Assembly (NCBI GenBank): GCA_965644495.1
Contig: CBFFSA010000002.1
Span: 496,001-560,000 of the forward strand
Length of the DNA stretch: 64,000 nt
Source: Perkinsela sp. CCAP 1560/9
Lineage: Eukaryota > Protista > Euglenozoa: Kinetoplastea
Direction: 5' to 3'
The notes beneath the pieces were generated by a model. It ran no database searches, was not told the origin of the DNA, and worked only from the letters and a program-made list of their open reading frames with translations. A program made the position numbers and the translations under genes. Each line of letters starts with the position of its first letter. Position 1 is the stretch's first letter. Positions 31,801 to 43,761 of this stretch are shown here, in pieces.

Positions 31801-33539
31801 AGAGTACTACGCCAAAGTACTACATAACCTCCGCGGGAAGGAGATGTCACGGTTCGCTTCAATGATCATGGTTGGATACTCACCTCCGAGTCTCGTTAAC
31901 ACCCGCTCCTGGGGAAAGTCTGATGGACACGAGACGTGCTGCATATGTCGGGAAAGAAAACAAACACTCAGACACATCTTAGCATCGTGCACTGCATCAC
32001 TCCTTCAGGGAAGATACACATATAGACACAACGCAGTCCTGAAAGTATTGCGTGACCACATAAACGAATGTAGTCACGTCCGAGAGAAATGCTTTGATCT
32101 ACCAGATTCTCCAAACGAATATTACCCACCACAATGGCTTGCAAACTGTACCATTATCACCACCTACGTAAACACGCTAGATCCGCATGTAGCGTTGAAT
32201 CAGTCACGTTGATTTGATAGAGAGTATGGCGTTTGATACAGAATATGACCGCTCGCATCAAGGGTACTGCCTCTCGTGGAATTGCCATGGCAGTTGGATA
32301 CAGAGTCGGTCTGGATGACTACAGTTCCACGTGTGGACTCTGACTCGCTTTTATTATTACGTTTTGTAAGTGTGGTATCCCTGCATCTTAGATGATGATG
32401 CGTAAATTAGTGGAACCCTAAATGACCAGTGCCATTGAGTCGTAGTTACTCGTTTAGTGGAGGGTTTCTAGGTTTTAATGGAGCGGTCTTTCCTAGAGTA
32501 GTTCCACTAGTAAGAGTAGTAAGAATGCTAATTCAGTATAGATTCCTAGTAATACAAGTAGAGACTAGTTGAAGTAGTACAGTTCTGTATAGTTCTGGTG
32601 GTTTAAACGTGTGTATATGTAGGGTTGCCGTCCGAATAATAGACGTGATAAAGATTCCGAGAATGATGGTGTGCTCGGCTTCATTCATTGGACCAACGAC
32701 TCACTGTATCTCAATTTATTTGTGTTAAGTTAAATTATTGCGAGCGAGGCTTCATACACATCTTGTCGTGTATGTATCCTTCCTTTCAAAGGATGTCTGT
32801 ATCAAACTTGAATCATGTATCACGGTGTCTGCATAAATTATACGTTTGCAGTTGCAATATTTCGTTTCGTATTTACTATTACTAACTTTATTTATTTACT
32901 ATAGTAACAGTATTTATTTTGGTTTTCCTAATTTTTCTCTAAATGAATTTCCCGACAGCGTATTGAAGCCTTTTCGACATTCGACTTGTTCGGATGCTGG
33001 AGAGACCACTTCTTGCGTGTCGTCGGCCCCTTCAGTGGGATGTGCCTGAGTATCCATGAATGTGCCTTTTTTTTCTGGCCTTCATGGTGCCAGGCCTGCC
33101 ATAGCGCGTCTACTGCGCCGTGATAATGACGGGTTGGTGGACTCTCTCTGGGTAATCCCAGAATAGGACTACCAACCCTCACAATATGCGGCCAGACGGT
33201 TGGGTTCGCCTCGAGGATGGATCGGAGTATATCTTGGAGCTCACCTGTCCTTGGGAGGAGAATTTCGGCCTTGCCCGAGAACGCAAGCGTTCCAAATATC
33301 AAGAAATTCTTCGCCACCGCCAAGCCACAAATCAACGCACCACTCTAACAACTCTCGAAGTCGGCGCACGGGGAAAACTCAGCGACAGCACTCTCGACTT
33401 ATCTTGGCTGTTTAAGGGTGAACATACCAAATTGATTAGACAAATGCGGCAAGAAATGATTAACGCCGCGATGAGTGCCCCTTTTAAAATATATAACATG
33501 CGTAATACACCCGTATGGAATACCGCTAGTACTGCTTGA
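28861..33539 (+). mobile_element. Decayed RLE non-LTR retrotransposon (HERO-like) coding region; 3' UTR probably continues to ~36985
   Basis: RT: SAPGRD, NWRPIAL, QKGF, DLSNAFGSVPH, GVLQGDTLSPILF, AFADD. CCHC CxxC..TLRHILASC, RHN; RLE RPD...LELTCPWE...KRSKY...LEVGARG. Stop at 31063-31065, frameshifts, and a 1-kb insert. Confidence 0.85.
32153..33185. mobile_element. 1033-bp non-coding insert with DIRS-like internal complementary region and 3' hairpin
   Basis: Precise removal rejoins TGT ACC|ATG CGG CCA GAC (CTMRPD). Termini ATT...AAT; 33102-33140 is complementary to both termini. Confidence 0.7.
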
Positions 33540-34350
33540 GTGAGAAAATTATCCCGAGCTGTCACTCTGGTCCTTACCAGAGTATGCACGAGTATAATCT
33601 CTGGTGACTTATCAGTTCACTATGATAAAATGATATCAGGCGGTTACCCTAGTTCAAGGATGTCGCCTCCCCTGAGAAAGCAGGGGAACTTGGGGGAGGG
33701 TGTCTGGTCGCTGAACCATCGATACTCTTTCGAGTATCGATATGGCATGCAAATCGCTGTGAGGGCGACTACATACGTTGCTCCGCAGATCCTAGGACAA
33801 CCTTCCCCGGGCACGTGGGGAGCTGAGCTCCCGCTATTCGGGGAACTGGGGTGAGCCCAAATTCTGCCCGAACTCACCACGTCTCCAATAGGAGATGGCC
33901 AGTTTTTCGGGAAAAACCCTTAATAAAAAAGCAGGCATCAGTACTGCATCACCGCCTGCTTGCAGTCTCAGCTTCAACGGTTTAGACTCCTCAGCTTTAA
34001 CGGACCAAGTCTTCTAGGGTGTTATACCCTCGAGCGGACTTGGCTCCTCAGCTTCAATGGGCTAAGCCTCAGCTTCAACGATCTTTTATCTCTCCGAAAT
34101 ATTGCCCTAGCCCCGTTTTCATGGGCTAGCTGCAAGCCGCAGATGAGCAATACTCGACCCGAAAATGCGGTATGAAGTTCCCCTTAGGGGCTCATCTTCA
34201 GAGTGCACTCCGGGTCCATCCGAGAAGTGTCTCCGCCGAAACAATAGCCCGAATGGCACCCACCCTAGTTGCTTAGTACCTTGCTATATTCGGTACCGGG
34301 CGGTGCCACCCATTCTGGGTTGCCAGTGTGACAGCTACCCTACATATTTA

Positions 34351-36452
34351 GAGGGTTGAAACATCCCCAGCCGCACCCACCCGCACCCAGTGCATCTTCA
34401 ACGGCAAAGACTTAGCGAAATTTGGGAGATCCAGAAGGAACGCGTTCGGGGTACTACTCCCCGAGAGGGATGACTTTTTTTTCAGTCAATTTGTACGTGT
34501 GCTTCACCATACGCGTTTTTTTTGCAGAATGCAACCCAAAAGAAAGTGCGAACTGTGCAGACTAAAAACCTTTCACAAAATGAATATATCCCTTATATCC
34601 TTACATTGACATATAAAATTTAAGAAAATAATTTGGCGTTGTCCTTTTTTTCCCGCGCAAGATCCTTCTTTCTCTGCTTTGACTTTATTTGCTTCAAAGC
34701 GCTCTCCTCAGCTCGCTTCTGACGCATCTCTGCCTGCGTCAACTTCGTGTACGTCTTACTTCTTTTGCGTCCGTGAGCAGGGCTTTTCCCAATTTTTGTG
34801 ACACCAGTGCGCTGAAAATCTTGTTTTACCTCTTCTCGGTACTCTCGTATAGCATCTTTATCTGTTTTGTCACCTTTCTGAAAATGACAAGAGCAAAAGT
34901 CTCGAGAAGCCCATTCTCTAACGACGGAATGCGTGGAATCCAAAGATTCTACGGAGTCGTCGTACAGTGTTACCTGGTGAACTTTCCACTGCGTACACTC
35001 TGCATTCCAGAGCAACCCGAAAGCAGATCTTGTAAAATCTTTCCGATGCTGATTATAGTGCAGCAACTTGTGCTGATCCATATGGGCAAAAAACCTTTCT
35101 ACACGGTTTCTTCTCCGGCGAAACTCCATATCAAATGTTTCGTCAATTGCAGGACCAACTTCTTGGCAAAAGCAATGACGGTTATCGATATATGCCTTGT
35201 CTGCCATTATCATTTCATTACGGCGATGCATGAAACTAGGTATGTCAGATTGGGCTAAGCATTCGCTGTCATGAATCCGACCCTCGAAAGGTCCACTCCA
35301 GGCCCAAGGGCAACCGTCCATCATGAGAAGAACTTGAAATGTCCAATACTTCGCGGCCTTTTTCGCGTTATAAACCCCCGCTCACGAATAAGTGACCCCC
35401 CCTTATTTTTAGCACAGGGGGGCGTCGGTGGGTTATCATATCACTTTTTCGTTCAAATTTTCGAGATCTGTACGTTCCCGCTGTTTTTAGCTCATTTTAA
35501 ACTTTTAAAATTTAGTCAAAAAACATAATTGGTTTTTCAACTTTTTTTTCCAAAAATGACCAAATCACCATATCGGCTCCCAAAATGGTAGTGACATGAC
35601 AAAATGGTAATTCTTCTCTAAATTGTGCGTATTCGTTTCTTTTTGTCTCATTTCTGCACGCGCAAAGTCCTTGTGTTGAGATCTGCAAAATGCAACAAAA
35701 ATCAGCTCAAACGGACATTTGTACGAAAAAAAAAGAGGGGACTCACTTTTCGTGAGCGGGGGTTTATAATTCACTGGGCCCACGGCTGTACATGGGGACG
35801 CCGTCGAGTATACTTAACACCATGCAAAATGTTTTTTCTCGGATAGAAAAATCGAAATTTCTGCTTGTTTCAGTAATGCGATCTAGGCTCTCATGTCGTC
35901 TGTCTCGTGACGATGAGAAAGTTGAGCCTCAGTTAATCTTTCAACCTTGGCTTCAAGACGGCTAATCACCGCTTGCAACTTTTCTACCTCAGCGAGCGCC
36001 TTTGCTGCCTCGGTCTGACTTACAGAAACCGCGCCGCGTAGAAGTCGATTTCGTTCTCGATGTCTTTTCGACGCCGCAACGGTCTCTCCACGAAACCCTC
36101 GCCAAAGAGTTCGGAACCATTCTGCAATGGGCTCTTGGCCTTTGCGGGATGGCTCATACAACCCTGGGTAGGCTTTCGCCAGGAAGGCACCTAGGTTTTG
36201 TGAGAGTACATCTGTGGGGAGCTCGATGGAGGGGAGTGACCATTGACCCCCGTGTTTCCACCACCAATAACTTGGCATCTCTTCCTCTCGGACACCATTT
36301 AGCACGTTGCATTTGGCGTCGGAAAAGAACAACAAGCCTACATGGCGATGTTTTGCAATGAGGATGATACCCTCGAGAAGGATTTCTTCGTCCAGTGTAA
36401 CACCACACAAAGTGTTGTGAATACTGAGACGCACCCACCTGTTTCAACCCTC
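34351..36452 (-). mobile_element. PIF/Harbinger DNA transposon (defective)
   Basis: 13-bp TIR GAGGGTTGAAACA; TTA TSD at 34348-34350 and 36453-36455. Transposase pieces ILDGVP (~35791-35815) and G.IHD...ADKAY...R..VERFF (34620-35324); second ORF 35883-36434. Confidence 0.85.
35349..35788. mobile_element. TA-flanked MITE nested in the Harbinger transposase
   Basis: Subterminal inverted repeats TTATAAACCCCCGCTCACGAA; TA on both sides; it separates transposase motifs. Confidence 0.6.
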
Positions 36453-37110
36453 TTAGTGCCTCGTTATGTTGGCACCGGGTAGTGTCGTGGAAGGGGGCGC
36501 AAGGAGTGTTGCAAAAGAGGGGGGCGAAAAGGGCAGCGCAGTCGATGATGGGGGCGGCGAAGGGGGGCGTAGAGCGGCGGGGGGAGCGGTGGGGAGAGCG
36601 GCGGCGGGGGGGGGCGGCGAGGAAAACGGCGGGGGGAGCGGTGGAGGTGGGGGACGACGGGGAGGGCGGCAATGAGGGACCCGGAGGTAATGAGGGGCGT
36701 CAGAGAGGGTGGCGAACGGGGACGTAGGGGGCGGCGGAGGAGGGTGAAGGGGGGGTCGAAAGGGGGTGAAGGTTGTGGCGACAGGGGGTGAAGCGGGGGG
36801 CGGGGCAAATCGGCCGGCGAAGGGGGCGGCGAAAGGGGGGTGGCGGGGGTGACGCAAGGAGGTGAAGGAGGCTCACCCTAGGTATGTAGTGTCTTGTTAT
36901 ACGACGCTGGGTGAGTTAGCTAGGGAAGCTGGGGTCGCTACGCCCCATCATCGATTCGACGAAAGTCGAATGCCCTGACACTACATAAACCCCCTGTACA
37001 GCTATTATTCCCCTTTGTTTTGTGGAATAATAAAAAACATAGAATATGTACGTTCAAAATGTAAATGTGCTAAAGAGCGGTCAGTCCCCTTAAAAAAGTG
37101 AAAAGGAAAA

Positions 37111-37317
37111 ATCCAGGTATAAAGGGGCGAGGGAGATACGAAGCAACAGATGTAGCCGCTTCCCACTGAAAAGAAATCGTATCTCCCTGCACGAGAAATG
37201 CCTATCTATGCTCTTTCTAGCTTGGAGTCAACTTCGTTCAGGGAGATACGATTTCTTTTCAGTGGGAAGCTGCTACATCTGTTGCTTCGTGTCTCTCTCG
37301 CCCCTTTATGCCTGGAT
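37111..37317. repeat. Fold-back inverted repeat (~85-bp arms, ~35-bp spacer)
   Basis: ATCCAGGTATAAAGGGGCGAG...TCCCTG pairs with CAGGGA...CGCCCCTTTATGCCTGGAT. Confidence 0.85.
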
Positions 37318-37427
37318 AGTACAAAAACAGTTTCGTCGTATCATTCAGCAAAATTCGTGGGCGTCATGGCGGTAACAATTGACAAAACGATGCAAATCTT
37401 CTTCTAAAAAGTGGCTTCTGAAGGCTT

Positions 37428-37553
37428 CTGAAAAAGTGGCCATCTGGCCATCCCCTGGAAAAGTGGCCAGCTGACCGCCCGCTGAAAAAGTGGCCAGCTG
37501 GCCACCCGCTGAAAAAGTGGCCAGCTGGCCACCCTCAGAAGGAGTGACCAGCT
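37428..37553. repeat. ~27-30-bp tandem repeat (GAAAAAGTGGCCAGCTGGCCACCC), 4-5 copies
   Basis: Directly visible; each unit contains the palindrome TGGCCAGCTGGCCA or a variant. Confidence 0.8.
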
Positions 37554-37855
37554 TTCCTTTCATGTAGGAGGTCGTCAGCTGGAATTTACCCAAAAAAAGT
37601 AAAACTATTATTTATCCACTCCTAAAATGTATTTTGAGAGTTTGGGACCTCAGCCACCATTCTACGACGTTTTCTTCGTCAGATTCGCCTTCTATCAAAA
37701 ATGGCCCAAATTCGGGGTAAAAATTATGATTTTTCGCCGAAAAATCGAGCTTTCTCATCCAAAGAAATAGATTATTCATGATCTTTTGGCGATTTTTCTT
37801 TTTTAGGCTCTTCGTTAAACGCGGAGGTAGTTTTCAACGCGAAGCGCGCAGCATG

Positions 37856-38542
37856 AATGACGGTTACGTCCACCAGACATACCTTCCCTCCCAGCATAAA
37901 GCAGACGTCGGGGCCCCGACCATCGGAGAATCGGGGTTCATGGTTGTCTGGAGTGAATCCGTACTGTCGTAGCAAGTGCGCGAAGGTATTCTTTGTGGCG
38001 AACAAGTTTGTGGCGAATAGCCACGGTGTCACCTTTGACCTTACTACAGTCAAGGGCGTGTACGACAAAATCTTTGTTTGAGAGGATGTCTCCGCACTCA
38101 AATTGTGCGAAAGGGTCCGAAATAGGAGCTATCAAGTACCGCATACGCATGGCTGTTTGCCATTCTGCGTCGCGCATGAAGTACTCACCCCGATTCCTAC
38201 GCGCCTCTGTCCAATTGCGCGTTCTCTTGTCCATCAATTGAAGTGAATGAACGTCATGTAGTTCGTTGGTTTCTTTACGCACTGCTGACTTCGACCCTTC
38301 ATATCTTGTCAATTCTTGTCTTTCCATACACCCTAATACCTCAGCTTCTGTGCGAGAATACAGAGTTGCCGCTTGCTGCCCAAAGGTTTCGCCCCCAAAT
38401 GGTCGCCCGTCATGAGAGTACTGTGAAACGGATTCTTTTCCAGATCTTCAAAGCCTCCTAACAGCTCTGACGCACACTTTTGTATGGATTTGTCCGCTAA
38501 CACGTTGGCTTTTGCCGTTACCTCCAGCTCGTGACACCGCAT
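37856..38542 (-). pseudogene. Remnant of a CRE-like retrotransposon C-terminus (Zn knuckle + RLE)
   Basis: AMRMRYL, CG...HALDC...RH, EP...GRGPD...VDVTV across frames. Confidence 0.7.
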
Positions 38543-38767
38543 TAAAGTTAGTAATGTTTTAATTAGTAAACTTTTCTATTATTTTACAATAAAAGTTTTC
38601 CTAATTTTTGCGAGTACCGTAAAACTCTTCATACGGAGCCATAACTTCTAGCGCACTGCAAGCTGTTTTACTGAATCACGTATGCGCGTTAAAAGCGAAA
38701 TGATTTATGCAACAATGTTGGCAAACATAATAAAGAAATACATTGTGATTGAGCTGCACTCTATAGC

Positions 38768-41236
38768 TTACATGAGACCGAAACCTTGACAATTATTAAT
38801 GGCCTGCATAAGTTTTTCGCGGAGTTTATTTTTTGTTCTGTAGGAAGGAAGTAACAAATGATTAAAGCAAGTGTGACTTGTGGGAAGTAACTCAGAGTCT
38901 CCTCCGTTTTTCCCAATGACAAACAATATACTACCGAGCCCTCCAATAGGTACTCGATCAGAGCCAGTGCAAAACTTCAACAATTTGCGCTGATCCTCAT
39001 TCGTCATATCGTGCAGAACAATTTCCCAAAAGGAAACAATAGTCGGGTCACTCTTTTTGTATCCATCGTATTTGCAATTCCGTTGTAAAACAGCAAAATC
39101 AAGATCAGGCGAACCTATGATAAGGACCTCGAGTTCTTCAGGGCGGATCTGTGGTAGCATAGGATTCTGACAGACACTAAGAAATCCTTTGCAAAAAAGT
39201 TTAAAGTGTGGTTGGTGCTCCAAAGAGAGTCGATACTTCAAGTACGCGTCAACATACTCAGCGCGATTTTCTTTAGTTAGTGAAGTTTTGTTTCCCTCAT
39301 TCACAAGCTCCACCTCAACCATTTCTCCGGAACTTGTGGTGTAGGACTCCGAGAATGTTCGACAAAAAGTGTTCTGAACAGTGTCCCCACACGCCTCATT
39401 TTCCTCGAAATCTAACAAGGTTTGCAACCCAGCAGAGAGTTCTGGATCGACTCTTTTCAGGGTGTCAAGACTGGTATCCGGTTTATGCCCTAATAGCATT
39501 TGATATATGATAAGCGGAAACTGTACGTCCAGGATAATGGAGTTATAAATCGCCAATCCGAAAAGAAGTCCCACAAATTCAAACTCTTCGTCCCGCTCTC
39601 CGCAGAGAATGTGTGGACGAAACCATTGATAGTGATTAGAAGTCTCTTCAAACATACCAAATTCGGGATCAAAAATTTGTTTAATAAGAAGTTGAAAAAA
39701 CTCTTTCCTTACTCCTCCCTCGTCAATACCTTCTTCGCCCTTAAAATGTACTCGAAGCGGTTTTTTGTACTTATCGGACTTTGAGGATAGTTCCTGTAAT
39801 GTCGTTTTTAAGAGCTCCTCTCTGTCCACAACAATCTTAAGCGCAAAGTCGTCTTGGGTAATGGTATCTACAGTTCCCCCAAGCATATGGATAGCCATTA
39901 AGGAATGAATCGTATTCTGTACCTCGTGCTGCTGTTCAATACGGGAGTGATAATGAAGTAGTAGAGATTTATAAGACAGATCTAGCAAAAAAGGGTGTTC
40001 GGCAAAAGTGAAAATTTTCCCACGTAGTGTCATTTCCCCTGTACTTCGTTGTCGACTGTTCGCATACGCTAGAAAGTCTTTTCTTACATCTATAACGTCA
40101 TTGACGGCTCCGTTATAAAAAGCTTCATAAGAAATTTTGCCATGAGTCGAATGCGAAGGTAGCAAATAATTCGCCTTATATAACAGCGCCAGAACGAACG
40201 TCGCGCTCGCTATTACTTCGCTTATTAACACAATGTTATTATAGAGAGATACGCTAATGTACTGCTGCAAATTCATAACCAGTGAATAAAAATTTTCCTG
40301 GGGCAGCAAAGCGAATTGTACTTTCAGCATGTAGTGAATCGCCTCCGTATCTTCAATTGCGCTGCATAGGCTATGCAGGCAAGAATTATACTCATGAGTA
40401 GGGTCAAAAAGCGCAGGAATGTGAAAAAGAACAAGTATTGCACGCACAGCCAGACTTACCCCCGTAAGGTAAAGTCCGGCGTGAAATTGTACGGGCTCCA
40501 TTGTGTACATTGGATTCAACATGAAGGATGTCAGCTGTGATATAGTTTCCTTTAAGTTCGGAAGCCATTTTGAAGACGAAACGCTGCGCGTGAGTTTCAG
40601 CGCATCCCCCATACTAGAAAACTCAATTCCCAATTGATCTTCTTCAGGAACACCGAAGGCGCGCATTCGCTCACTTTCTCGCACATAAGTAGACTTTGTG
40701 CAAAGCGGAAAGGAGAATAGCAAGTGCTCCAGACTTGAAATTCCCCTTCTCAAGACTTCGCTTAACGCCTCAGTCCCTTCTTGTGCACTTTGATACAATT
40801 TTTCGGAGCTCCATACATCGATACGAAAACAATGAAGCGGATGTGCCACATTGTCACAGAAGAAAAAAGAGTCTATATTGCTTGATTGAAAAGTGCGTTT
40901 GGCAAGTTGTACACTCTTGCTAAACAATTCCTCGGCGGAAAGTGTACGCAAAGCTGCTTCGTACAGCGGGCTGCTTCGACACAAATGATTCACACATTCT
41001 ACTTTTCCACACCCACGCTGCAGTTGAAAATAATATGCTAGAATAATCTCGTGAATCTGGACTTTTTTCGATGAAGAACAACACATAGCATATTCTCCTG
41101 CTGCAGATAGCTCAAGTGATTGGGGAATTAGTCCTTCAACCTGAAGAGAGGATTCCCCCTCTGATCCGGTAGCGTGTGTGTTTGAGAAACCCACGTATTC
41201 GGTAGCACAAGTGTCCTCTTTTTCTTTGGTTTTCAT
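38768..41236 (-). CDS. HECT E3 ubiquitin ligase, UBE3A/E6AP-like with N-terminal AZUL-type Zn domain
   Basis: YYFQLQRGCG..EC.N.LC; F.GEEGIDEGG..KEFF; GLAIYN; FCTGSDRVP; LPTSHTCFN; terminal GFGLM. Confidence 0.92.
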   Translation of the reverse strand: MKTKEKEDTCATEYVGFSNTHATGSEGESSLQVEGLIPQSLELSAAGEYAMCCSSSKKVQIHEIILAYYFQLQRGCGKVECVNHLCRSSPLYEAALRTLSAEELFSKSVQLAKRTFQSSNIDSFFFCDNVAHPLHCFRIDVWSSEKLYQSAQEGTEALSEVLRRGISSLEHLLFSFPLCTKSTYVRESERMRAFGVPEEDQLGIEFSSMGDALKLTRSVSSSKWLPNLKETISQLTSFMLNPMYTMEPVQFHAGLYLTGVSLAVRAILVLFHIPALFDPTHEYNSCLHSLCSAIEDTEAIHYMLKVQFALLPQENFYSLVMNLQQYISVSLYNNIVLISEVIASATFVLALLYKANYLLPSHSTHGKISYEAFYNGAVNDVIDVRKDFLAYANSRQRSTGEMTLRGKIFTFAEHPFLLDLSYKSLLLHYHSRIEQQHEVQNTIHSLMAIHMLGGTVDTITQDDFALKIVVDREELLKTTLQELSSKSDKYKKPLRVHFKGEEGIDEGGVRKEFFQLLIKQIFDPEFGMFEETSNHYQWFRPHILCGERDEEFEFVGLLFGLAIYNSIILDVQFPLIIYQMLLGHKPDTSLDTLKRVDPELSAGLQTLLDFEENEACGDTVQNTFCRTFSESYTTSSGEMVEVELVNEGNKTSLTKENRAEYVDAYLKYRLSLEHQPHFKLFCKGFLSVCQNPMLPQIRPEELEVLIIGSPDLDFAVLQRNCKYDGYKKSDPTIVSFWEIVLHDMTNEDQRKLLKFCTGSDRVPIGGLGSILFVIGKNGGDSELLPTSHTCFNHLLLPSYRTKNKLREKLMQAINNCQGFGLM

Positions 41237-41641
41237 AAAGAAATCTATTAGAGCAAAAACCTATTAGACAACTAAAAATCTGTTTTGCTAGAAAATGAAT
41301 GATAAACACTGAAAATATTTCTAAAGGTTTCTGAGAGAAAAACATGAAAAGTAGCTCACCATATTTACAGTGCCCCCCCTACATAGTGCTGCGGATTTTG
41401 ACCAAACGACATTATACAGTGTCGCTATACAGGGGTGGGCACGAAAATATGGAGGTCAAAATTCGTAAACCGGGGGGCACATTACCATGACTCCCTCTTA
41501 GTTACATGTATCTCTCATTTTTGGTCCAAAATCGTGTTTTTTTGGATAAGTGGCGTACTTATCGAAAAAACTGCTCAAAGGGCTGACTTATCCAAAAAAT
41601 TCTGAGCTCGAAATTTAGTACACCCCCTTTCATTAATAATG

Positions 41642-42418
41642 ATTCCGGTCGTTGTATAACTACTGCTCTACCCTCGATTATTGAAAAAAAGTGAACAAAA
41701 ACAGTGAAAATACAAATAGAAACACAGTAATATAATAGAAGAAAAAAATATAAAAGGAGGCTCCGGTGGTCCAAAATTAAAATAAAATTGAAAAAAATGG
41801 GGGGTCCAGGGGGTGGTCCAGGGGGGGTCCAGGGGGGGGTCCAGGGGGGGTCCAGGGGGGGGTCCATGAGGGGGGGCATACGTCGCGAATTTTTTTTTCG
41901 AATTTTTTGCTTTTCAAAATCGAGCGCAGGGAAGTGGTAGAGTAGGCCGCGGCGATGACTTTCCACCCCCCCCCCATCTGGGGGTACCCCCCTGGTACGC
42001 GCAGGAGGGGTCCGACAAGGTCAAAATTTCCGAAATTTTTGGGGTGACCAAACAACGAATTTGACGCAAAAAAAAAGTAAAAATATTATTTTTCCAAATC
42101 GACTCCTAAAACGTATTTTAAGTTTTGGACCTCAGCTACCATTCTGCAACGTTTTTTTCGACAGATTCGCCTCCTGCCCCTACTGGTAAGGCATCAAAAA
42201 CGGCCCAAATTCGAGTTGAAATTTCGCAATTTTCGCTGAAAAATCCAGCTTTTTCACCCAAAAAAATAGATTATTCATCTAATCCCCATCTATCTTTTGC
42301 CGATTTTTCATTTTTAGGCCTTTCGTTAAACGCGGCGGTAGTTTTCAACGCGAAGCGCGCAGCATGAGTGACTTCGAAGTTGAAAACAACCACCGCGTTT
42401 AACGAAGAGCCTAAAAAA
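41642..42418. mobile_element. Hairpin-ended repeat family A copy
   Basis: Same two termini as 50216-51625; contains a (GGGGGGGTCCA)n array at ~41800-41866. Confidence 0.7.
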
Positions 42419-42608
42419 GAAATCCGTGTTCCCTTAATTGGCATTCCTTTATTTAATGTGTCTCTTAATTAATGTTTCGTAATTTGAACGTACCTAATGT
42501 ACATTATGTGAAATATGCTTCACAGTGCGTTTCATGTAGGCAAGTGATAACATTCCTCATGGTGAAAGATTGTATAAGCCCACTTGACATGTTGCTAAGC
42601 CCACCGAT

Positions 42609-43286
42609 TCACTTGACTTCGCTAAGAAATGTTTTCATGGGGAGGATCTTTCTGACATCCGAAGCACTTAAAATGTCGTTCTTTAGCGTCTCAAACAACC
42701 CGTCAAAATCATGGTTGGGAATCTGTTCGATGTTTTCCTCTTGCACGACGTGAGGCATGCCGACGTCCTTCTCACATGAAGTGGAATACGTAGCGGATTC
42801 GCACATGACTTCAAAAAGACTGTAGGAAGGCACCAATAGCACGTTCTCACTTTGTCCTCGACCCTTAAAAATGGTGTCGTCTACCACTACGGTATGGGCA
42901 GCGCTGCGGCCCGGAAATTCGTGGTATACACGCCCCAGGTCTTTTATTACACTATGCGCATCGACTCTCTCATCCGATGCACCGCGTAGTTGTCTTCGAA
43001 TCTTATCTGCCTCTGTGTGATCGCGATGCCACACAAACTGAAAATTAGTGTCTGGAAATGCCTCCTTCACGACGGGCACCGTGTTTCGTGCTGCAGCGGC
43101 AGACCATATGGCCACATCTGCTAGTTCTTGTAATTTATTGAGCATTTCACGCGCTCCTGGACGCAGCCATACATTGTATCGTGCAAATGTGAACGATGGA
43201 AGTCGGCTTAGTGAGGTAGGTGTTTCACTCACGGGAAGTCTTTCCAGAAGTGTACCGCGCAATCCAAAGATCAACAGCGTGCGCAT
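42609..43286 (-). CDS. NIF/FCP1-family HAD-fold protein lacking the catalytic DxD
   Basis: LLIFGLRGTLL in place of DLDxTL; LRPG..EML, VAIWSAA, IKDL, VVVDD. Confidence 0.75.
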   Translation of the reverse strand: MRTLLIFGLRGTLLERLPVSETPTSLSRLPSFTFARYNVWLRPGAREMLNKLQELADVAIWSAAAARNTVPVVKEAFPDTNFQFVWHRDHTEADKIRRQLRGASDERVDAHSVIKDLGRVYHEFPGRSAAHTVVVDDTIFKGRGQSENVLLVPSYSLFEVMCESATYSTSCEKDVGMPHVVQEENIEQIPNHDFDGLFETLKNDILSASDVRKILPMKTFLSEVK

Positions 43287-43761
43287 TCTGAATACAAGAT
43301 AAAAAATATATATATTTTTCTGCAAAATGTACTGAGGTTGTATGTGAAGTTAGTTTTAGACCACAGTCCGGTTTAACATTCCTGTAGTCTGATTCCGGGG
43401 GGAATGTTACGATGTCTCACGCGCTTTTGAACATCCCCGCTTTAAAAATTTCTTACATCGTAAAATATGGTTAAACATACATTCGCGAGTACGGTACTCA
43501 GGTACTCAAATGAGCACCTAGGGCCTTGAGTACCCGAGTACCGTACTCGCGTACCGTACGCATGGTACTCGGTGTTACCCGCAGCACAAAATACGGGAGC
43601 TAGAAAAATATCATTGCCATATCGGAAGAATTTGAATAGTACTGTCACCCCCTTTTATTTCAGAGGGTGATCCCTCCCTTTATACCTATATACATTTTCA
43701 TTCCTCCCTTTATACCTTTATACATTTTCATTCCAGACAATGAATCAGGACTCCCCTTATA

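Noticed and set aside
36920-36980. Hammerhead or HDV ribozyme
   Set aside because: Hairpins are present but no CUGAUGA/GAAA core in the right arrangement on either strand.
37428-37553. CRISPR-like array
   Set aside because: Tandem repeats without unique spacers; no cas genes; eukaryotic context.
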